Notes: generated by a model not told the origin, from the letters alone. Numbered from the stretch's first letter, positions 34,595 through 43,295 are shown. The stretch is DNA of 64,000 bases from Patescibacteria group bacterium (GCA_038065055.1 JBBTRT010000002.1:9038-73037), one strand, 5' to 3'. Made by a program: numbers and translations.

Positions 34595-35650
34595 ATGAAG
34601 AAAGCGGCTTATTTAACCGGGACCAGAGCAGAATTTGGTTTGATGCAGAAAATCTTAAAAAAAATTGACTCTAATTCCCATTTTAACCTTTTATTATTGG
34701 CTACCGGCATGCATTTATTGCCGGAATTCGGCCAAACAATCAATGAGGTAAAAAAAGAATTTCCTGAAGTAAAAATTATTACCGCCACCTATGAAGATGA
34801 TAATCGGTTATCCCAGGCCAGATTTTTAAGCCAATGCTGCCGGTTAGTGACGGAAACGCTGCAGCAAGAAAAACCGGACCTGGTGTTGGTTTTAGGCGAC
34901 CGGGCCGAACAACTGGCTATGGCCCAAACAGCGGCTTATTTAGCCATCCCCGTAATTCATTTGCACGGCGGCGAACATACTACCACGATTGACAATAAAG
35001 CCAGAAACGCAATTACCATGTTAGCTGATTATCATTTACCGGCAACAAAAAAATCAGCTGAAAAATTAATCTCAATGGGTATTGAAGCAAATAAAATACA
35101 GGTTGTTGGCGCCCCAGGATTGGACGAAATTAAAAATTTGGAAAAATCAGAGAAAAAAGAATTTTTAGTGGTATTGCAACACCCGGATGAGCAAGAACAA
35201 GATGCCGCCAAACAAATTTCTTCAACCCTGGAGGCGACTTTAAGTTTTAATTTACCGGTTAAAATTATTTACCCGAACAGCGATCCGGGCGGCAGGCAAA
35301 TAATTAAAGTCATTCAGGAATATGTGAAAAAATATCCGGATAAATTTGAGGCCTTACCTAATTTAATTCATGAGGATTATCTAAAATTGTTAAACCAAGC
35401 TCAGGCGCTAATCGGCAACAGTTCCAGCGCTTTGATTGAAGCGCCCAGTTTGGGACTAGCGGCAGTCAATATCGGACCGAGGCAAAAAGGCCGGGAAAAA
35501 GCCGGGAATGTGATTGAGGCTGATTATGACGAAAAAACAATAATTCAGGCAATTAAATTAGCTTTAACAAAAAAATTAACGGGAAAAGATAATCCTTACG
35601 GCGATGGGCAAACCAGCCAAAGAGTGATAAAATTCCTCGAAACACTATGA
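34595..35650 (+). CDS. neuC: UDP-sugar 2-epimerase, hydrolysing type (NeuC/LegG family)
   Basis: LTGTRAEFGLM, ATGMHL, GDRAEQL and VIHLHGGEHTTTIDN, the pattern of the hydrolysing branch. Confidence 0.8.
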   Translation: MKKAAYLTGTRAEFGLMQKILKKIDSNSHFNLLLLATGMHLLPEFGQTINEVKKEFPEVKIITATYEDDNRLSQARFLSQCCRLVTETLQQEKPDLVLVLGDRAEQLAMAQTAAYLAIPVIHLHGGEHTTTIDNKARNAITMLADYHLPATKKSAEKLISMGIEANKIQVVGAPGLDEIKNLEKSEKKEFLVVLQHPDEQEQDAAKQISSTLEATLSFNLPVKIIYPNSDPGGRQIIKVIQEYVKKYPDKFEALPNLIHEDYLKLLNQAQALIGNSSSALIEAPSLGLAAVNIGPRQKGREKAGNVIEADYDEKTIIQAIKLALTKKLTGKDNPYGDGQTSQRVIKFLETL

Positions 35651-36036
35651 ATCGATTTAAACAGTGGCAACAACCGGCATTTGATAAAAACGATATGACT
35701 AAATGGAATTGGATCTGCCAGCACCGGGATAAGTTCCAATTAGGAAAAAATACCGATATCGGCGCGTTTACCTATATTAATGCCAAATACGGAGTAATAA
35801 TCGAGGATGAAGTTCAAATCGGCAGCCATTGCGCGATTTATTCAGACAATACGATCGATAACATCCAGGGAAAGATTATTATTAAACAAGGAGCCAGAAT
35901 CGGCAGCCACACGGTGATCTTGCCGGGAGTAACGATTGGTGAAAACGCCTTAATCGGCGCCCACAGCTTAGTTAAACAAAATGTTGGCCCTAATGAAATC
36001 GTTGGCGGAGTGCCGGCAAGGCTAATTAAAAAATGA
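35647..36036 (+). CDS. left-handed beta-helix (hexapeptide-repeat) acetyltransferase (LegH/PglD-like role)
   Basis: Imperfect hexapeptide repeats IGSHCAIYSDNTI ... IGSHTVILPGVTIGENALIGAHSLV. Confidence 0.8.
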   Translation: MNRFKQWQQPAFDKNDMTKWNWICQHRDKFQLGKNTDIGAFTYINAKYGVIIEDEVQIGSHCAIYSDNTIDNIQGKIIIKQGARIGSHTVILPGVTIGENALIGAHSLVKQNVGPNEIVGGVPARLIKK

Positions 36037-37145
36037 AACAAATCCTACTTGGCCCTCCATCACTGGCTCAAGATGAAATCAAAGCGGTTTCCCGAGTGAT
36101 TAAAAGCGGCCAGTTAAGCCTGGGCGAAGAAACGGCTAAATTTGAACAAGAAATGGCCCAGTGGGTCGGGACAAAATACGCGGTGGCGGTTTCCAGCGGA
36201 ACCACTGGCCTGCATTTAGCGGTGATTGCCGCCGGAATTAAACAGGGCGATGAAGTAATTACTGCACCTTTTTCTTTTGTGGCTTCAACCAATTGTTTTT
36301 TATACGAAAAGGCCGTCCCTAAATTTGTGGATATTGACCAGGTAACTTTTAATATCGACGTAAATAAAATTGAAGCGGCTATAACAGATAAAACAAGGGC
36401 TATAGTCGGGGTGGATATTTTCGGCTATCCGGCTGAGTGGGGCAAAATATCAGCCATTGCCAAAAAATACAACTTGGCCGTCATTGAAGACGCGGCTGAG
36501 GCTTTGGGGGCCAAATATAAGGGTAAAAAATTAGGCAGCTTAGGCCAGCCGACTATTTTTGCTTTTTACCCGAACAAGCAAATGACTACCGGCGAAGGCG
36601 GCATGGTAGTAACTAATGATAAAAAAACTTATCAATTAATCAAAGGCTTAGCCAACCAGGGCCGCGGGCCGCAAATGCAGTGGTTAAAACATGAATATTT
36701 AGGCTATAACTACCGGATGACTGAACTATCAGCGGCGATCGGCCGGGCCCAACTTAAAAAACTTGATTGGTTTTTGAAAAGCCGGCAAAAAGTCGCCGGC
36801 TGGTACAATCAAAGATTAAAAAATATACCGGCAATTCAATTAATTAAAACGGATGATAAAGAACATGAGCGCAGCTGGTTTGTTTACGTAGTGAGATTGG
36901 ATAAAAAAATTAACCGGGATAAAATTATCAATAAACTGATCCGTGCCGGAATTCCCAGCAAGGCTTATTTACCGTCAATCCACTTACAGCCATATATGAA
37001 ACCATATGGATTTAAACCGGGCGATTTTCCGGTCAGCGAGGCAGTTTCCAATTCTACTTTATCTCTCCCCTTTTATACGGAGATGAAACAGTCAACGGTT
37101 GATTACGTTTGCGAAAAACTAATTAAAACTTTAAAATCAAGCTAA
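36033..37145 (+). CDS. DegT-family sugar 4-aminotransferase (LegC/PglE-like role)
   Basis: SSGTTGLHL, DEVITAPFSFVASTN and FAFYPNKQMTTGEGG. ATGA-type coupling on both sides. Confidence 0.85.
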   Translation: MKQILLGPPSLAQDEIKAVSRVIKSGQLSLGEETAKFEQEMAQWVGTKYAVAVSSGTTGLHLAVIAAGIKQGDEVITAPFSFVASTNCFLYEKAVPKFVDIDQVTFNIDVNKIEAAITDKTRAIVGVDIFGYPAEWGKISAIAKKYNLAVIEDAAEALGAKYKGKKLGSLGQPTIFAFYPNKQMTTGEGGMVVTNDKKTYQLIKGLANQGRGPQMQWLKHEYLGYNYRMTELSAAIGRAQLKKLDWFLKSRQKVAGWYNQRLKNIPAIQLIKTDDKEHERSWFVYVVRLDKKINRDKIINKLIRAGIPSKAYLPSIHLQPYMKPYGFKPGDFPVSEAVSNSTLSLPFYTEMKQSTVDYVCEKLIKTLKSS

Positions 37146-38137
37146 TGAATCATCCGAAAATTACCAATAAAAATATTTTAGTTTCCGGAGGCACCGGGTC
37201 GATCGGGTCAATTTTAGTCCAAAAAATTATCCGCGGCTTCCAACCAAAACAAGTCAGAATCTTGGATAATAACGAGGCCGGTTTATTCCAAGCCATAAGG
37301 CAGTATAAAAATAATGAAATCGTAAGGTGTTTCTTGGGCGATGTCCGGGATAAAGACCGGGTAAATTGGGCAATGAAAGGCGCAGACGCTGTTTTTCACG
37401 CCGCGGCTTTAAAACACGTGGAATTAAATGAATACTCGCCATTTGAGTCGGTTAAAACTAATGTACTCGGAACCCAAAATATGCTGGAAGCGGCGTTATT
37501 AAATAACGTGGAAACTTTCATTAATATTTCAACTGATAAGGCGGCTAATCCTACCAGCACCATGGGAGCGTCAAAATTATTGGCGGAAAGATTAACGTCC
37601 GGGGCCAATAATTTTAAAGGCAACGCCAGAACAGTTTTTGCCAGCGTGAGATTCGGCAATGTGCTAAATTCTTCCGGTTCGGTGTTGCCAATTTGGCAGG
37701 AAGAAATTCAGCAAGGCAAGGCTTTAACCGTGACCGATAAAAATATGATCCGGTACTTTATGACAATTGAGGATGCGGTCAGCTTGATTTGCAAAGCGGC
37801 GGCAACGGCAAAAGGCGGTGAAGTGTTTATTTTGAAAATGCCGGCACTAAAAATAATCGATTTAGCCGAAACTTTGAGCGAAATATTAGCCAAGCCGCTC
37901 AAAATTAAAACCGTCGGCAAAAGGCAGGGTGAAAAATTATTTGAGAAAATTGTGACCCGGACTGAGGCTGCTTTAGCTTTGGAATTATCGGAAATGTATG
38001 TTTTACCGGCTGCGGAAAACCGAGATTGGTATCGGCAAAACGGCGGTAAAGGCGTTCCTGAAGAAGGGGTGGAGCCGAAGAAGCTGATGACTAAAGCGGA
38101 AATTAAGCAATTATTAATCCGGATAGGGATAAAGTGA
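37145..38137 (+). CDS. nucleotide-sugar 4,6-dehydratase, Polysacc_synt_2 family (PglF/LegB-like)
   Basis: ILVSGGTGSIGSILV and STDKAANPTSTMGASK. Met140 (37562..37564) occupies the position of the SDR catalytic Tyr. Confidence 0.8.
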   Translation: MNHPKITNKNILVSGGTGSIGSILVQKIIRGFQPKQVRILDNNEAGLFQAIRQYKNNEIVRCFLGDVRDKDRVNWAMKGADAVFHAAALKHVELNEYSPFESVKTNVLGTQNMLEAALLNNVETFINISTDKAANPTSTMGASKLLAERLTSGANNFKGNARTVFASVRFGNVLNSSGSVLPIWQEEIQQGKALTVTDKNMIRYFMTIEDAVSLICKAAATAKGGEVFILKMPALKIIDLAETLSEILAKPLKIKTVGKRQGEKLFEKIVTRTEAALALELSEMYVLPAAENRDWYRQNGGKGVPEEGVEPKKLMTKAEIKQLLIRIGIK

Positions 38138-38916
38138 AACTGGTCATCGTTGGGTTAGGGTCAATCGGAAAAAGGCATAAAACAAATTTAGAATCTTTAG
38201 GCCATGAAGTAATTAATGATTATGCAGAAGCCGATGGAATTTTAATTTGCAACCCAACGGCATTGCACGTTAAAACCGCGCTGGAAGTTCAAAAATACCA
38301 TTTGCCTATTTTTATTGAAAAACCAATTTCTCATAATTTGGATAATCTAGATAAGTTAGCCGGAAATATCTTGGTCGGCTATTGTTTAAGATTTGATTGG
38401 TCTTTGCAAGAATTTAAAACCAAAATCAGCCAGGAAAAAATCCAAGCGGTAAAAATTGTTTGCCAAAGCTGGCTGCCGGATTGGCGGCCAGATAAAGATT
38501 ACCGCCAAAGTTATTCGGCAAAAAAGGAATTAGGCGGCGGGGTGCTGCTAGATTTGTCCCATGAAATTGATTATGCTTTATGGTTTTTCGGGCCGGTGAA
38601 AACAGTTAAAGCTAAATTACAAATGGTACCGGAATTAGAAATCGAAATCGAAGCCAAAGTTAATTTAGAGCTGGAATTTGTTTCCGGAGTAAAAGCAGAA
38701 ATGTATTTAAGTTATGCTGACAATGAATATAAAAGATTTTGCGAGGTGCAAACCGATAAGGAAAAGCTTGTTTGGAATTTTCAGCCGAATAACGAAATGT
38801 ATGTTGAAGAAATGAAACACTTTATTAAAGTAATTCAGGAAAAAGAAAAACCATTAATTACTGTGGCTGACGGCAAGAAAGTCCTAGAAGTAATCGAGGC
38901 GGCGAAAAATTCATGA
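38134..38916 (+). CDS. Gfo/Idh/MocA-family NAD(P) oxidoreductase
   Basis: LVIVGLGSIGKRH Rossmann and FIEKPIS (EKP motif). Confidence 0.7.
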   Translation: MKLVIVGLGSIGKRHKTNLESLGHEVINDYAEADGILICNPTALHVKTALEVQKYHLPIFIEKPISHNLDNLDKLAGNILVGYCLRFDWSLQEFKTKISQEKIQAVKIVCQSWLPDWRPDKDYRQSYSAKKELGGGVLLDLSHEIDYALWFFGPVKTVKAKLQMVPELEIEIEAKVNLELEFVSGVKAEMYLSYADNEYKRFCEVQTDKEKLVWNFQPNNEMYVEEMKHFIKVIQEKEKPLITVADGKKVLEVIEAAKNS

Positions 38917-39743
38917 ACCGTTATAACTTTGGCTTTGTCTTCACCGAGGTCACCATGTTGATCGTCGGTAAGTATTTATTAAACTTAGGTTTTCACCCTT
39001 ATTTTTATGGTGTGATCACCGGCGTCTGCGCTTCTTTAATTATGCTGAAGGCGTTTAAACTTCACCCAACAAAAGCGACCTTTATTGTCACACTGCCGAC
39101 GATTGTCTTTTTTACCATTGCCAACTCCTTAGGTTTTATGGCTTTAAAGTATAGCCAACTAACAAGCTATAATTTTTTAATCCAAAGCAGTTTGTTAACG
39201 GTACCGCTTTTGGCTCATTGGTTTTTAAAAGAAAAAATTCATTGGCTGATTTTTCCGCTTTCCTTGATTAATCTGATAGGCATCGCTCTACTGGTAAGCT
39301 TAAACCAAGCCGGGTTCCAATTCGGTAATGTTTTAACACTGCTGGCAGCAATTTTTGTTGGTTTGGATTTTGTTTGGCAAAAACGGGCCGCACTCAAAAT
39401 TAATCAAAATATCGTCGCTTTTTGGCGCCGGTTGATATCGTCACTTTTCCTGGGAATCTTTTGGCTCATGACACCGTCTTTGGGCACAGCCACTTTTAGT
39501 AATGCTTTGATATTAATCCCCATTTCCTTGCTTTATGTAGTCTTCTCATTATTGATGGTAAGAGCCTTAACTGTTCAACCTGTAGCCGACTTTAATTTAT
39601 TTATTACCATCTCTCCTGTTCTTACCGCCATAGCAGCTTTTTGGTTACTTGGCGAAACAATGACTTTAAAGCAAATAATCGGAGCAAGTTTAATCGTTAT
39701 CTCAATTATCGTTTATAATTGGTATAGGAAAACTAAAACATGA
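38913..39743 (+). CDS. EamA/DMT-superfamily transporter (10 TM)
   Basis: Two internally repeated 5-TM halves, each ending in an EamA-like block (LLAHWFLKEKIHW...IGIALLV and AFWLLGETMTLKQIIGASLIVISIIVY). Confidence 0.7.
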   Translation: MNRYNFGFVFTEVTMLIVGKYLLNLGFHPYFYGVITGVCASLIMLKAFKLHPTKATFIVTLPTIVFFTIANSLGFMALKYSQLTSYNFLIQSSLLTVPLLAHWFLKEKIHWLIFPLSLINLIGIALLVSLNQAGFQFGNVLTLLAAIFVGLDFVWQKRAALKINQNIVAFWRRLISSLFLGIFWLMTPSLGTATFSNALILIPISLLYVVFSLLMVRALTVQPVADFNLFITISPVLTAIAAFWLLGETMTLKQIIGASLIVISIIVYNWYRKTKT

Positions 39744-40288
39744 AACTCAAAAAACGGCTGATTATTTACGCCTTTATCGACAGCCAAAATTTAAATCTGG
39801 GCACCAGTAAAGATTTATTTAAAAATAAGAAACTTATTTATCGCGGCTGGAAATTAGATTTTAAAAAATTTCAGATCTACCTAAAAAACAAGTTTAAAGC
39901 CAGTAAGGCTTTTTTATTCATCGGCTATATAAAACAAAATCAAAAGCTTTATCAGTTTTTACGCCGTTGCGGTTACACTTTGATTTTTAAACCAACCACT
40001 AAAGACAACCACGGCAAATTCAAAGGTAATGTCGATGCCGAACTAATCCTTCATTCTGCCGCCATTGAATTTCCTCATTACAACAAAGCAATTATTGTTG
40101 CCGGAGACGGTGACTACCACTGTTTATTGGAATATTTAGAATCCAAAAATAAACTCTACAAACTAATAATTCCCAACCGGTATTCCGAATCCAGGTTGTT
40201 AAGTAAATTCCAATCTTATAAAATCTTTCTGTATCGAGAGAAAGATAACCTGATTTATGCCAATAAAAATGGGAGGCGTCGCACATAA
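39740..40288 (+). CDS. NYN-domain (LabA-like, PIN-fold) protein
   Basis: Acidic motifs IYAFIDSQNLNLG, GNVDAELILH and IIVAGDGDYHCLLEYL. ATGA overlap with the EamA gene. Confidence 0.6.
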   Translation: MKLKKRLIIYAFIDSQNLNLGTSKDLFKNKKLIYRGWKLDFKKFQIYLKNKFKASKAFLFIGYIKQNQKLYQFLRRCGYTLIFKPTTKDNHGKFKGNVDAELILHSAAIEFPHYNKAIIVAGDGDYHCLLEYLESKNKLYKLIIPNRYSESRLLSKFQSYKIFLYREKDNLIYANKNGRRRT

Positions 40289-40332
40289 ACACATAGTTTA
40301 TGGGTCGTATTCTCCCTAATGATTAAAACTAT

Positions 40333-40338
40333 TATACT
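40333..40338 (+). promoter_or_regulatory. -10 box upstream of the neuA-like gene
   Basis: TATACT in the 82-bp spacer after the NYN gene. It lies 6 nt upstream of a 6-codon mini-ORF ATG (40345) and 32 nt upstream of ATG 40371. Confidence 0.3.
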
Positions 40339-40370
40339 AAGCAAATGATTCTTTTGTCAAGTAAAAAACT

Positions 40371-41054
40371 ATGATTCTGGCTGTCATTCCCGCACGGAGC
40401 GGGTCAAAATCAGTTAAAGATAAAAATATCCGGCCTTTGGGCGGAAGGCCGTTGATGGCATGGTCGATTAAAACCGCTCTTGCCTGCAAACAAATTGATA
40501 AAGTAGTTGTTTCTACTGATAGCGAAAAATACGCCCAGTTGGCTAAATTTTACGGCGCAGAAGTTATTATGCGGCCGGCAGAACTGGCGACTGATGAGGC
40601 AGCTATGATACCGGTGTTACAACACGCCTTGAAAACCTATCCGGCAGATTTGATAGTCTTGCTTGACCCAACTTCACCTCTAAGAAATGTAGTTGATATT
40701 AATAAATGCTTGGAATTAATTAAACAACCGGAAACAGATTCGGTAATTACGATTTGCGAGGTAGAACATAATCCGTTTTACGTGATGGGGGTGATTAAAA
40801 ATAACTATTGGCAGTTTCCAATTGCTAAACCGGAAAAAGAAATCCATCGGCGGCAAGACGCGCCCAAGGCTTACCGGGTTAACGCGGCAGTTTATATCAT
40901 AAAAAAAGAAATTTTAATGGCCGGTAAAATATTTACCGATAAAACCCGGACAGTCGAAATGCCGCAAGAGCGATCCAGCCATATTGATAGCGAACTTGAT
41001 TTTAAATACATTGAATTTTTATTAAAGGAGAAATATGTCAAATCAGATTTTTAA
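40371..41054 (+). CDS. neuA: CMP-nonulosonic acid synthetase (NeuA/LegF cytidylyltransferase family)
   Basis: ILAVIPARSGSKSVKDKNI at the N-terminus and RRQDAPKAYRVNAAVY. 227 aa. Confidence 0.85.
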   Translation: MILAVIPARSGSKSVKDKNIRPLGGRPLMAWSIKTALACKQIDKVVVSTDSEKYAQLAKFYGAEVIMRPAELATDEAAMIPVLQHALKTYPADLIVLLDPTSPLRNVVDINKCLELIKQPETDSVITICEVEHNPFYVMGVIKNNYWQFPIAKPEKEIHRRQDAPKAYRVNAAVYIIKKEILMAGKIFTDKTRTVEMPQERSSHIDSELDFKYIEFLLKEKYVKSDF

Positions 41055-41748
41055 CTTAGAAAATAAAGTCGTGTTAATTACCGGAGCCACCGGGATTCAA
41101 GGCCCGGAACACGTTAAAGCCTTTAAATCAGTCGGGGCGATCGTCGTAGCAACTGATATCAAAGATACGGAAATTATTCTGGATGTGACCAGCAAAGATT
41201 CCATCCAAACGGCGACTAAAAAAATTATTGAAAAATACGGACAAATTGACACGCTAATCAATAATGCCGGGGCCACCGGTAAATATGCCACTGACTGGGA
41301 GCAAATCATTAAAGTAAATTTAACCGGGACTTATAATTGCTCTGAAATCATCGGCGCGATGATGAAGCAGGGATCGATTATTAATGTTAGCTCGATTTAC
41401 GGCTTAGTGGGACCGGACTGGTCACTTTATGAAAATGCAAATTATGACGGTAAACCGATGGGGGTGCCGGCCGGATACGCGGCCAGTAAGGGCGGAGTAA
41501 TCGCTTTAACGAAGTATTTCGCCTCGCTTTACGCGCCAAAAATCAGGGTTAATTGCGTTGTTCCCGGAGGCATTTTCGATAACCAACCGGAAAGTTTTGT
41601 GAAAAAATATTCGACAAAAACAATGCTTGGCCGCATGGCAAATAAGAATGAAGTTTCCGGAGCATTACTTTATTTGGCGTCAGACCTATCCAGTTATGTG
41701 ACCGGAGCTAATATTGTTATCGACGGCGGTTTAACAGCCAGGGTATGA
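41035..41748 (+). CDS. classical short-chain dehydrogenase/reductase
   Basis: VVLITGATGIQG, INNAGATG, YAASKGG (YxxxK). Confidence 0.8.
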   Translation: MSNQIFNLENKVVLITGATGIQGPEHVKAFKSVGAIVVATDIKDTEIILDVTSKDSIQTATKKIIEKYGQIDTLINNAGATGKYATDWEQIIKVNLTGTYNCSEIIGAMMKQGSIINVSSIYGLVGPDWSLYENANYDGKPMGVPAGYAASKGGVIALTKYFASLYAPKIRVNCVVPGGIFDNQPESFVKKYSTKTMLGRMANKNEVSGALLYLASDLSSYVTGANIVIDGGLTARV

Positions 41749-43295
41749 AACAAAGCTGGCAAAAGATAGCGGCGATTTTATCGATCGGACTCTGGATTGC
41801 GGCCGGGCTTTACGGTTTGATTTTCAACATCAGTTACATTGATGAAGCGAAATACATAATGAAGGGTTGGTTGATGCTTAACGGGGAAGTTGAGTACTAC
41901 ACCACCGGCGGCTTTCTTTATCAACATATGCCGGGCAGTTTGCTCTGGCAGGGATTAGGGCAAAGACTTTGGGGACCGAGTTTGCTGGCAGGAAGATTAC
42001 AATCATTCATACTGGGATTATTGGTTCTGCTTAGCAGTTGGCGGTTAAGCCAAAAAATCAGCGGGAAAATAGCCGGAACAATGACTTTGATTTTATTAGG
42101 TTTAGCCCCGACCGTTACTTTTTATTATTCAACCGCGACGCCGCAATCATTACTGGTTTTAGGATTAATGCTAGGTTTTATTGCTTTATATGAAAGCAAG
42201 TTTTTATTGGCGTCAGTTTGGTTCAGTTTAACTTTTATCATCAGAGAAAATTTTTTATTTACCCTGCTGCTTTATATTGGCTTTCTAATAATAGTGAAGC
42301 GAAAGAATCTCAATTCTCTGCTGTTAAATTTACTGGTAATCGGGGTAACTTTAAGTATTTTTTTAATTCCCGGATATCCGGGAACGATTAACATTTTAAA
42401 AAATTTGCCGTGGGTAAACTTCATATTGCCGGTAAGCCAGTCAGAAAAAGATATCTTGGGAATGTACTGGAAGGAAGATTTACAATCATTAGGCTTATAT
42501 TGGCGGGCAATCAGAGATTTTGGAGTCGTATTTCATGCTTGGATAATAATCGGCGGGTTATTAATAATTGATTGGGTGAGGCAAAGAAAACAAATAATAC
42601 TGAGCTTTAAGCCCAAACAATTATTTTGGCTGTTTTTAATCGGCATTACCGGTTTTAATTTTATAATCCACAGTTGGGCGGCATTTAGATTATCGCCGCG
42701 GGCAATTATCAGTTATTTTCCTTATGTGGCCCCATTAGTCGCCGTGATCATGGCCCATGGATTAGCTAGTTGGTTTAAGAAAGTTAAAAATAAAAAAATA
42801 TTTCTAGCAGGATATCTTGCTTTATTGGTTTTATTGCCAATTACTGTCCGTTACGGGGCAAATTTTGCCATTCCTACCAAGTGGTCGGATTTAAGACTGA
42901 TTAACCGTTCCGGTAAAATATTAAAACCAATTGTGGCGGATAAAACCAAGATTATCTGGATCGCTGAACCAATCAGCTTGTTTATGGCAGGCAAAGTGTC
43001 ATATTATCCCCTGATTAACCATACCGGTTTTTATAAACCTTCGGCTGACACAGACACTGTCCGGAGCTTAGGATTTTGGAATATGGCCATGCTGAAGGAA
43101 TGGTTTAATGAAGCAGATCTTGTGGTCATCGAAGATAATAAAATGAAGCTTTTGAGAGAAAGCAGCCAGGCGACAGAGTTAGCGGAATTGATAAAAGACA
43201 CTTTAGCGGCTAAGTATAAACTAATTTGGAAAACTAATGATCTTTGGCCAAAAGGTTTAGAATTTTATCAACCGCTTGGCCGCCATGAACGGTGA
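41745..43295 (+). CDS. GT-C-like membrane glycosyltransferase (family 39/ArnT-PMT type)
   Basis: First-loop ISYIDEAKYIMKGW, about 11 TM segments and a C-terminal soluble domain of about 150 aa. Confidence 0.55.
   Translation: MKQSWQKIAAILSIGLWIAAGLYGLIFNISYIDEAKYIMKGWLMLNGEVEYYTTGGFLYQHMPGSLLWQGLGQRLWGPSLLAGRLQSFILGLLVLLSSWRLSQKISGKIAGTMTLILLGLAPTVTFYYSTATPQSLLVLGLMLGFIALYESKFLLASVWFSLTFIIRENFLFTLLLYIGFLIIVKRKNLNSLLLNLLVIGVTLSIFLIPGYPGTINILKNLPWVNFILPVSQSEKDILGMYWKEDLQSLGLYWRAIRDFGVVFHAWIIIGGLLIIDWVRQRKQIILSFKPKQLFWLFLIGITGFNFIIHSWAAFRLSPRAIISYFPYVAPLVAVIMAHGLASWFKKVKNKKIFLAGYLALLVLLPITVRYGANFAIPTKWSDLRLINRSGKILKPIVADKTKIIWIAEPISLFMAGKVSYYPLINHTGFYKPSADTDTVRSLGFWNMAMLKEWFNEADLVVIEDNKMKLLRESSQATELAELIKDTLAAKYKLIWKTNDLWPKGLEFYQPLGRHER

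Noticed and set aside
39740-40288. NYN-domain gene as part of a mobile element or toxin-antitoxin/defence module
   Set aside because: No partner antitoxin, integrase, transposase or flanking repeats were seen. It is translationally coupled (ATGA) to the EamA gene within the sugar operon.
32847-41054. Pseudaminic acid or Neu5Ac pathway as the identity of the nonulosonic-acid operon
   Set aside because: A dehydratase, an aminotransferase and an N-acetyltransferase are present, which excludes a simple Neu5Ac route. The hydrolase is NeuC-type, the acetyltransferase is beta-helix type, and the dehydratase has Met instead of the PseB Tyr, all of which favour a legionaminic-type route. An epimeric variant remains possible.
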